20,832 bases of DNA from Azolla caroliniana (Eukaryota; Plantae; Polypodiophyta), in the NCBI GenBank assembly GCA_043228905.1, contig JBHGNT010000557.1:1-20832 (forward strand), in the 5' to 3' direction. The position numbers and the translations under genes are program-made. Positions within the stretch are counted from its first letter, which is position 1. Every line of letters begins with the position of its first letter. Positions 1-7,903 of the stretch are shown piece by piece. Under the pieces are notes generated by a model. The model had not been told where the DNA came from and ran no database searches. It saw only the letters and a program-made list of their open reading frames with translations.

Positions 1-124
1 CTGCCATGAAACTACTCCCCCTACATAAGTCATCATGTATCTGGACGTGGATATGCTCGTATCCTTCCAATTAGGATACGTGATGACTTATGCAGGGGGA
101 GTAGTTTCGTGGCAGTCGAGGCTG
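1..124. repeat. Inverted duplication within the copia RNase H (41-bp arms at 1-41 and 75-115)
   Basis: 1-41 is the reverse complement of 75-115 with 3 mismatches. The plus strand at 74-124 reads GYVMTYAGGVVSWQSRL, a flipped copy of the copia sequence. Confidence 0.9.
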
Positions 125-1164
125 TCGACACACATGTGGATCTAGACGTGAATCATATATCCTTCCAATGTGGGGCTACCCCAGCCGAATCGGAGACACA
201 CATTTGAGGTGCCTCTCAGGTACCAAAGTATCCACTTCACAACAACCCAATGCTCTCTTCTAGGATTGCTCATATATCGGTTGACCACTCCGACTGCATA
301 CGCGATGTTCGGCCTAGTGCAAACCATTGCATACATCAGGCTTCCGATTGTTAAGGCACAAGGGACTTTTGACATCTCGGCCTTCTTGGTTTTCAATTTC
401 GGACATTGTTCTTTGCTTAGCTTGCAGTTTGTCGGTAGTGTCGAGCTGACCGATTTCGTGCTTTCCATGCCGAATCTCTGGAGCATCTTTATCACATACT
501 TCTCTTATGATAGCCATAACAATTTCTTTGTTCGATCCCAAACAATGTGCATTCCCAGGATTTGTTTTGCTAGACCAATATCTTTTATCGAGAATGACCT
601 ACTCAAGGCCTTCTTCAAGCTTCCGATTTTCTTCGGGTCTCTTCTGACAGTCAGTATGTCATCCACATACAATAGGAGGATGAGAAAATCTCCTCCATCA
701 TACTTCTTGACAAAGAAACAATGATCAGCTTGTGTCTTGCTGAAACCATGATCCACCATGAAAGATTTGAACTTTCGGTACCATTGCCGAGGTGCTTGCT
801 TCAGACCATACATGCTCTTTCTCAATCGGCATACCAGGTTTTCTTTACATTTTTCTTCGTATCCTTCTGGCTGGTGCATATATATCTCCTCTTCGAAATT
901 TCCATGCAAAAATGCTGTCTTGAAATCCATTTGTTCGACTTCAAGATCCATGCTGGTGATTATGCTCAACACTGTTCGGATGGAGGTCATCTTCACTATT
1001 GGGGCAAATATCTTGTTGAAATCGACACCCTTCTTCTGTTGGAAACCCTTTACAATGATTCAAGCTTTATATCTTGGTGGATTTTTGCTATCTCCCGGCT
1101 TCCGCTTGTATACCCACTTATTCCTGAGTGCCCTTTTCCCTTTCGGCAACTCGGTCAATTCCCA
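1..1164 (-). pseudogene. pol: Ty1/copia retrotransposon pol fragment (reverse transcriptase to start of RNase H), degenerate
   Basis: Minus-strand translation gives WELTELPKGKRALRNKWVYK, QMDFKTAFLHG, IYMHQPEGY, LRKSMYGLKQAPRQWY, LLYVDDIL, GSLMYAMVCTRPNIAYAVG, LEGY and STSRYMMTYVGGVVSWQ. These are canonical copia RT/RNase H motifs, broken by in-frame stops. Confidence 0.96.
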
Positions 1165-1324
1165 GCCACAATGAGAAAATCAGACAAGTCGGTGGAATTG
1201 GCAAGGTGCAACATGTGCACATGTACATTAGAAGATGTATGTACAATAAAAGGGGGGAGGGGGTATATTTATCCCACATTGTAATGCCTCTCCCTCCTTG
1301 TGCTATAAAAGGAAAGGAGGGTCC
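1158..1324 (+). repeat. Truncated 5' LTR fragment of element A
   Basis: Aligns to 1844-2007 and lacks the first 10 bp of the LTR. It joins the copia sequence through a shared ATTCCCA. Confidence 0.85.
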
Positions 1325-1802
1325 TCCACACATGTTCCGGAGACCTCGACAGTTCGGCCATCGTGGAAATGTAAGACCGAGGAGAAGGAAGGTGGCGGTG
1401 AGGGGACGAAGGTGATAGCGGACGACCAGACCGAGCAAGCAATCAAGGCATTGTGGAGAACGTATGGGGGCCAAGCGGGCTGGAGTAAGGGGGTGTTTCT
1501 TGGACGCAGTACTGTGTTGAAGATCGCGGAGGACACCGATGCAAAACGATGGAGCATGGGCATGCGTGTGGTCGATCGAGGATTTAAGGATGAGCATGCA
1601 TTCGGAGGAGTTGCGGAAAACGACCTACTACGGAGGTCAAATTAAGCCTACAAAGGGGCGAGTGCGAGTCGCAAAGGAGGGAACCAAAAACCGACGGTTT
1701 AGGACCAGCGAAGGCCGACACAGCAACCGGGAAGTGGAGTACGGAAGGCCCAGTTTGATCATCGTGGCCGGAATCTACCATCCTCTCTCTCTCTTGGCAC
1801 AT

Positions 1803-1833
1803 ACCAGTGGATGTGCGGTTTGGTGGGGGCGAA
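1803..1833 (+). promoter_or_regulatory. Polypurine tract region of element A
   Basis: ACCAGTGGATGTGCGGTTTGGTGGGGGCGAA lies immediately before TGTCGT. The same motif precedes the 3' LTRs at 14334 and 18973. Confidence 0.8.
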
Positions 1834-2290
1834 TGTCGTAAAGATTCCTAGCCACAGTGAGAAAACCGGATAAGTCGGCGGAATCGGCAAGGTACAACAT
1901 GTGCACATGTACATTAGAAGATGTATGTAGAATAAAAGGGGGGGGGGATATTTATCCCATATTGTAGTGCCTCTCCCTCCTTGTGTTATAAAAGGAAGGG
2001 AGGGTCCCTTGTAAAAGGGGTTGCCCATTTTGAGTTAGGAGAGTATACCACTTAGGTCTAAGGTATGGTAGCTTTTCTCTTCTTACTTACTTTCTTTGAG
2101 GTTTCATCTAGGTCTTCTTCTTCATCCTCATCACGTGGGTTGAGTCTTCATGTCTATTTAGGGTTTAGTCCGATTATGAGCTCGTATGTCCTAAGGGGTT
2201 TTCGCTTCCACTCTGTCTCCTGTGCAAGACCCTGCTTAGCGCGACGGGCCCGAGAGCTCCACAATCGACGGCTTGGTAGCAGACCGTTGT
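1834..2290 (+). repeat. 3' LTR of element A, 3'-truncated (same LTR type as E)
   Basis: TGTCG start and TATAAAAGGAAGGGAG box. Shares ATTTATCCCA.ATTGTA, GGGTTGCCCATTTTG and CTCCTGTGCAAGA..C...GCGCGACG..CCGAGAGCTCC blocks with 10865-11260. The right boundary is approximate. Confidence 0.8.
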
Positions 2291-2537
2291 GTGAGTCTTA
2301 GGTGGGGTAAGTAGGTGTACCCCCGCTTGGCTTTTTTTAATGATCAAATCTTGTACTATTTAAAACACACCTATGGGGCATGAAAGGAAAGAAATATAGT
2401 GAAGTTAACCCTCAAACTTGTGTCTATCTTGATTCCCTCTCTCTCATTCTCTATGCATCTCGCTCCCGCTCTCCCACATTCAACCACCTTGGGAGGGGGG
2501 TGGAGCCGATCTTGGCTCCACCCCCCACCCATCAACA
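2291..2537 (+). repeat. 5'-truncated LTR of a second family (F)
   Basis: Ends CCCCCACCCATCAACA, the same end as the reverse complement of solo LTR 3577-3911. Also shares TGTA.TAT.TAAA...CTATGGGGCAT and CC.CCTTGGGAG blocks with it. The left boundary is approximate. Confidence 0.7.
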
Positions 2538-2539
2538 CT

Positions 2540-2557
2540 TGGCACGATTGGTGAAGC
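2540..2557 (+). promoter_or_regulatory. Putative primer-binding site of element F (tRNA not identified)
   Basis: TGGCACGATTGGTG... begins 2 nt after the CAACA LTR end. A TGG start is the complement of the tRNA CCA tail. Confidence 0.5.
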
Positions 2558-3030
2558 GGAGAGTCGACCCAGCCACGGCCGAGAAGCCGAGAGTCGGCCC
2601 AACCACGACCGAGAAGCCGAGAGATGGCTGACCCACGACCGAGAAGATGAAAGTCGGCCAAGAGTATGGTTGAGTGACAACCAGGCCAACAACCGAGTGA
2701 CGGCTGCGACGCGGCCAAGAGAGTGCCGGACAATAGCCAAATAGAGGACTGAGGGACAATTGGTCGAGACGTGGCCAAGAGAGGGCCGGATAGCGAGCAA
2801 GAGATGCGACCGAGAAATGGTCAAGAGCCTTCTACGCGCCGGCTGAGAGACATCCGAGAGCGTGGCCAAGAGATGGCCGAGGGAGCGACAGTCGCATAGA
2901 AATGGCTAGTGTCCAATGACAACTGGGAAGCAGCCGAGAAGAGCTCAGGCCGGCCGAGATAGCCAAATAGAGGTCGGCCAAGAGAGTTGACTAGATAGAG
3001 AGATGGCCGCCACGACCGACAGATAGAGAC
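2551..3030 (+). repeat. GC-rich tandem and degenerate repeats in the 5' leader of element F
   Basis: About 3.7 copies of a 30-bp unit (GAGAAGCCGAGAGTCGGCCCAACCACGACC) at 2551-2660. These are followed by recurring GGCCAAGAGA and ATAGCCAAATAGAGG motifs up to about 3010. Confidence 0.8.
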
Positions 3031-3128
3031 GACCATTGGTGTCGTGAAGATTTTTGGCAACGGTGTGAAAATTGTGTGCAACAAACGAAATCGAGAAGGT
3101 GCAATGTGCACCTGTGAAAGGGGTAGAA

Positions 3129-3186
3129 GCAAGGCTTGAACCTTGCACCTCCAAGACAGAAGGAAATTAACTTACCACTAAAGCTA
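3129..3186 (-). promoter_or_regulatory. tRNA-like Pol III A-box/B-box module in LTR B
   Basis: Minus strand reads TAGCTTTAGTGGTAAG...GAGGT GCAAGG-TTCAAG-CCTTGC, an A box plus a T-arm-like hairpin at tRNA spacing. Confidence 0.55.
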
Positions 3187-3576
3187 CTACCAAGTTCTCC
3201 AGATTTTGTATATTTCCTTGTCATATTCAATAATCCATAGGAAACAAATGTACAAAACCATGGTTTTAAGCCTATTGTTTTGTGCATGCCACAAGAAAAA
3301 CCGTGTGCCCAAAAACCATGGGTCCAAGCCCATGGTTTTGTGCATGTTAGAAGCATGGATAGATCTATAAAACCCCTCATAGGGGTTGTGTAAGGGGGGA
3401 AATTTAATCAAAGATTTGAATTATCCTAATGGTGATGTAGTTTGTCTCGTAAAACTAAAGTCAAGGGTTCAATCTCTATCTCAATTTGTCTCATAATTGG
3501 AATTTCAATCTCTATCTTAAATACTTTCTCACTAAAGCTAGTACAACCTTTGAATCATTTTGGTCCAGGACCCCGG

Positions 3577-3911
3577 TGTTGATGGGTGGGGGATGAAGCC
3601 ATTCTCCCAAGGGGGTTAAGTTAGAGAGAGAGCGAGAGACAAAGACAAATAGAAAATGACACCAAATGAGAGGGGAAAAATGTATATCCATTAGATGCCC
3701 CATAAGGGGTTTATATAATACATAATGTAACGATAAATAATGATCGTTACAAAAGAGACGACCGTTACACTCTTGTCACATGCACATAATTGTGCATGTG
3801 CTCACACATACTCATCCTCACATACTCATTTACTTTACACATACACATCATGTCATCAACCACATCATTACACATACCCTTATTCCTCCCCGTATATTCT
3901 CACAGGTAACA
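3577..3911 (-). mobile_element. Solo LTR (335 bp), related to family F
   Basis: TGTT...AACA termini and a perfect 5-bp TSD CCCGG (3572-3576 and 3912-3916). TATATAAACCCC lies on the minus strand. Removing the insert restores the conserved U5 motif of LTR B. Confidence 0.9.
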
Positions 3912-3967
3912 CCCGGTGGTCCCGCTTCATTTTCGCAAACACGCGAGGATTTCCTCGACATATAATT

Positions 3968-3982
3968 TGGTGAACCCGACGT
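3968..3982 (+). promoter_or_regulatory. tRNA-Trp primer-binding site of B, split by insertion of C
   Basis: TGGTGAACCCGACGT here plus GAA at 20166-20168 rebuilds TGGTGAACCCGACGTGAA. Confidence 0.88.
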
Positions 3983-4034
3983 AGTCATAGTGTGATTCGC
4001 ACGTTATGTGAAAATTGCATTTTGGTTCCTACGC

Positions 4035-4165
4035 ACCGGATGAAGGAGGAACCGGTAAGGAGGACCCGGTAAGGAGAACCGGATGAAGGAGGACCTAGTA
4101 AGGCGAACCGGTAAGGAGACCCGGATCAAGTAGAACCGGCAAGAGCCGGATAAAGAAGGCCGATG
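4035..4165 (+). repeat. ACCGG-core minisatellite in U3 of LTR C
   Basis: Units of roughly 11-16 bp such as ACCGGATGAAGGAGGA and ACCGGTAAGGAGA. A shorter array lies at 19025-19120. Confidence 0.85.
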
Positions 4166-4231
4166 AGAGCCTCTCATTGGATGAAGAGACAAATTTGTAA
4201 ATAGAAAAAAAAGATTGTTACATGCACAGGG

Positions 4232-4287
4232 CAAAATTCGAACCTTGTGCCTCTACATAGACAAACCCCAACCTTACCATTGTACTA
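4232..4287 (-). promoter_or_regulatory. tRNA-like A-box/B-box module in 5' LTR C
   Basis: Minus strand reads TAGTACAATGGTAAG...GAGGCACAAGGTTCGAATTTTG. Confidence 0.5.
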
Positions 4288-4853
4288 ACTTATCCTAAGC
4301 GTTTAAAATATAGATTTAATACATATAAGACCTTTGTTTACGCCTACCTTTATTAAAAGGTAAGTCATGCATTTTTAGAATGCATGAATACTTTATTTAT
4401 AAGAAAAATGTACACCAATAAAAAATTACTCATGCATATCTAGCGAGCATGAGCACTATATTTAGGAAATAAAAGCATAGTGTAAAAGGCAACTCATACA
4501 CATTTTAAGTGTGCATGAACACGTTAGAAAAAAGCATGAGGCTATGCTTAGCCTCTGCCATCCTTATATAAGGAGGAGAGAAAGATGTATGGGGTTATTG
4601 ATTATTTTTACAAGGATTGATCAATCTAATATATTCGTGGGATTCACGAGTTTATCATCAAAATTCTCTTTCTTACAATCTAAATATTGATTAAATACAC
4701 TAAACACGTGGGATCCACAAGTTTAATTTCTTACTTCTCTTTCTACCTATTCATAACCAGCCTTATATTGTATTCTTCTTTCTCCTAGTCCAAAACCTCA
4801 GTGGTTCCCACCCGACTCACGCAACGATCCTGAGCCGAAAGGCACGACACAAG

Positions 4854-4871
4854 TGGTGAACCCGACGTGAA
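4854..4871 (+). promoter_or_regulatory. Primer-binding site of C, complementary to the tRNA-Trp 3' end
   Basis: TGGTGAACCCGACGTGAA is the reverse complement of ...TTCACGTCGGGTTCACCA, the plant cytosolic tRNA-Trp 3' end as I recall it. It starts 4 nt after the LTR. Confidence 0.88.
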
Positions 4872-4887
4872 ACCGGGTGGCAAAGAG

Positions 4888-6730
4888 ATGGAAAATTAAC
4901 CGGGGGCTAACAACATGATGGCGATGTTTGAGCGGATGCTACAATAACAACGCGCGATGTCGGAGATTGCAGTGGCAGTAGAGCGGCTCGTGCAACGGAA
5001 CGGGCAATTCAACGGGAAAGACGTGTCGCGATATTTGCGAGATTACAAGGCGGAAATGCTACGGTGCGGGATTTCGGAAGGACTACAAGTGACATCCTTC
5101 AACTGGGTGGTGACCGACGAGCTTCAAGGGAGTATCCACGGGATACAACAACAAAATCCGACGTGGGAGGCATTTGAAGAGGCGCTAAAGACGACGTTCG
5201 CCATCGAGGACTCCTCCATGGCAATGAGGAGGGGATTCGAAGATTGGGTGGAAACACCGGATAAGGGGATGAAGGTCCTCGATGTGTTTTCGTCATTCGA
5301 AAGTCGGTTCGGGAGGTTGTTTGTGAGAGATCAAGCTATCCTTGCATCAGACAAAGTGATCATGTTCCTACGAGCCGTGGACATCCGGGACCGGAAAGAT
5401 CTTGGAGTGCTTTTGGAGGACATGACCACTGAGAGTGGCCTCACCGAAACATGGGAAAGCGTGCGGGATATCGTCACGCGATACACGAAGAGGGGGCAAT
5501 GGCTTGCTAGTGAAGAAAAGAGGGTTTTAGATTCGATTCCGAAACCGAGATCCCATTTGGAAGACCATCAACCGAGGGCTCGAGAGACTACGATCGAGAA
5601 GGGAATCGATGCAACCACAGTCAAGCAGTTGTTGAAGGAGATGGAGAATCTGAAAATCGTGATGGTGAAGAAGTCAGATGACCGTCCCACAAGTTCCAAG
5701 TATATGGACCGTCGGTGCATATGGTGCGATAGCACCGAACATGATCAAAGGGATTGCGACGAGCACAAGGAGTCGTTACGACGGGATCTATCTACTACGA
5801 GGCAAATCAAATCCATTAGATGGACTCTCAGAAGCCACTCCGACCGAACTTTCAGAAAGGCGGCATGAAGAAGGTCCTCGAGGAGGAAATAGCGGCGAAA
5901 AGCAATTATGCGACAACTGCGGGAATACGTGTCAAGGAGTCATCGGGAGCAAAGGTGTCTTTTTGGCCGGAAGTGCTAGAAAACTCCGAGAAAATCGATT
6001 CCAATGATATCTAAAGCACCGTGGAAGGCATCCGAGAAGCTACGGGATGGGAGTGTCCCATTGATAAGAATAGTGTATGCGCCCTATGCCAATTGCATGA
6101 GGTGTATGTAGACGAGAAATGACGGCGCACGGATGATGCGGCCGGACCATCAAAGACACCTGAAAGGTGGAACTCTGGAGGGAAGTGGAAAGAAAAGACG
6201 ATTCTGGCATTCAAACTCGCCACGGACATCGAACAACAAACAGACTTGAAAAAAGTGTTCGAGGAGAGAATCCTCGATAGCAGGGTAGAATTTTCGCTTC
6301 GGGAATTACTCGAAATAGCGAAGGAGTTCCATGATCTTCTTGTGGATCTCGTGAAGAGAAAAAGACAAAGTACGGAGGAGAACGCTCCAAGGGTAAATGC
6401 AAACACGATTTTGATGAATGACACCGAAGGGGGGGACGAAATTCCGAACTCCCACTACACAAGGCCACATTGGGCACGTGCAACTACGGAAACTCCAGTC
6501 CAAATTGGCAACATCAAAGAGCCCATGCTAGCATTGATTAATCATGGATCGGAGATCAAAGTGATGTCCATGGAGTTCTACCGGAAGGGGAAGTGGCCTA
6601 TAAACACTAACCATGGATGGAAGATTCGAGCAGCCACTAAAGCAATGGAAGATCTATTTGCGGCTTGTCCGGCTGTGACGATGAAGATTGGGGATGTCGA
6701 GATCGACCAAAATTTCTTCGTACAAGACGA
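4888..6730 (+). pseudogene. gag: Element C gag-protease, N-terminal part (stops and frameshift, cut by D)
   Basis: ORFs 4957-5868, 5820-6014 and 6246-6770. Zinc knuckle CIWCDSTEHDQRDC (CX2CX4HX4C) and protease-like ALINHGSEI...IDQNFFVQ. Confidence 0.9.
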
Positions 6731-7831
6731 TGTCGTGAAGATTTTTGGCAATGGTGTGAAAATCACATAAAACTACAAAAAGATGGAGGTCTTGAAGAGC
6801 TTTCGGATGCACTTTACTACATAAGAAACGGACATCTAAGTGTCAACTTATGTGGGTAGGAAGTTTGAAAAGATAAAGAGAAAAATAAAATTGTGAGATA
6901 TCCCAGATAGACAGGAAATAAGGATCTCACCATATATAAGGTAGAGCAGAAGATATTATCTTTGTGTCTATGTGTGGAGCATAGAGAGTACAAGGTGACT
7001 TCAACTAAGCTATTGGATGAATGGGTGTGGCCTGGCTACTTGGAAAGGTTTTGGCCAAACAAAACCGGACTGACGACAGAGCCGGTAAGCCCGCGACAAT
7101 CGGCGTCCGACGACGGAACCGGCATCTGCCGACCCGAACGGGAACCTGCATCCGGCAACTGGACGGTAATTGACATCCAACGGCGGAACCGAGATCCGAC
7201 GACCAAACGGTAACCGGCATCTGGCAACCGGCGACCGACGACTAGATGGATAAATAAATAAATAAATATTTATACATATACACAAGGAAGGAAAGTAAGG
7301 ATTTGAACCTTGCACCTCCAAGTTGAGAGTCAATAGGCTTACCACTAAGCTAACACATTTTTTTGGAATTATATTTTTATCATTGTAACTTTACATGTAA
7401 ATTCTCATACATGAGAGCTAAAGTGAGTGACATGGTTATCATGCACCACATGTAATACATGAGGGCCAAATGGCAAACATTCATTTTATGCATGTCTTGT
7501 ACCCTCAAATGCATGAGGCCATCTATAAAAGAGGAGAGGAAAAAGATGATAGGGCTAATGTAAATTTTTTGGATGATCAAAGAAGAAACTTGTAACCCTA
7601 TTGTTGATGTATCTTGTCTCTTAAATCTAAAGTTAAAACTCTCTATCTCTCTCTTGCCCTATCAATCTCTCTCAATCTAAAGTCAAGTGTTTAATCTCAA
7701 TTTCTCTCTCTCTCACTCACTCTATCTTAAATACTTTCTCGCTAAAGCTTGTGCGTACTTAGAGTCATTCCGTTCCAGAACCTCGACGGTTCCGCCTCAC
7801 AATCCACACATAGTGACGGATCTTCATGACA
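6731..7831 (+). repeat. 5' LTR of element D
   Basis: 12-bp terminal inverted repeat TGTCGTGAAGAT / ATCTTCATGACA (1 mismatch). Aligns to 14334-15237 and has a TATAAAAG box near 7524. Confidence 0.94.
7295..7352 (-). promoter_or_regulatory. tRNA-like A-box/B-box module in 5' LTR D
   Basis: Minus strand reads TAGCTTAGTGGTAAGC...GAGGTGC AAGG-TTCAAAT-CCTT. Both boxes fit the consensus, with a 7-nt T loop and tRNA spacing. Confidence 0.62.
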
Positions 7832-7839
7832 TAATTAAG

Positions 7840-7857
7840 TGGTGAGCCCGACATGAA
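7840..7857 (+). promoter_or_regulatory. tRNA-Trp primer-binding site of D (2 mismatches)
   Basis: TGGTGAGCCCGACATGAA, starting 8 nt after the LTR end. Confidence 0.82.
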
Positions 7858-7903
7858 AGAGGCGGTAGGAAGGATCAAGTGGAGGATCAACCAATACTTG
7901 GAG

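Larger units (their letters stand above)
1158..2290 (+). mobile_element. Deleted Ty3/gypsy element A remnant (partial 5' LTR, 3' internal region, PPT, partial 3' LTR)
   Basis: 1158-1324 is a direct repeat of 1844-2007. A PPT-type motif at 1803-1833 matches those of C and D. An LTR starts TGTCGTAAAG at 1834 and resembles solo LTR E up to about 2290. Confidence 0.8.
3040..3960 (+). repeat. 5' LTR of Ty3/gypsy element B (interrupted by a solo LTR)
   Basis: TGTCGTGAAGA...CCTCGACA termini, followed by a PBS. The first ~33 bp and the TATCTTAAATACTTTCTC block match LTR D. Confidence 0.9.
3983..4849 (+). repeat. 5' LTR of element C
   Basis: Aligns to 18973-19802. The start is mutated (AGTCATAG versus TGTCGTAG) and the end is GGCACGACA. 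TATATAAG box near 4565. Confidence 0.93.

Noticed and set aside
170-1284. Plus-strand ORFs of 184, 187 and 138 aa
   Set aside because: Antisense shadows of the copia RT with no recognisable motifs.
2551-2660. CRISPR-like 30-bp repeats
   Set aside because: Head-to-tail with no spacers, no cas genes, and a eukaryotic retroelement context.
7295-7352. Functional tRNA gene
   Set aside because: No proper acceptor stem or paired anticodon arm. It is reported only as a tRNA-like box module.
7380-7580. 66-aa ORF present twice (also 14902-15102)
   Set aside because: Duplicated only because it lies within the two LTRs of D. No coding evidence.
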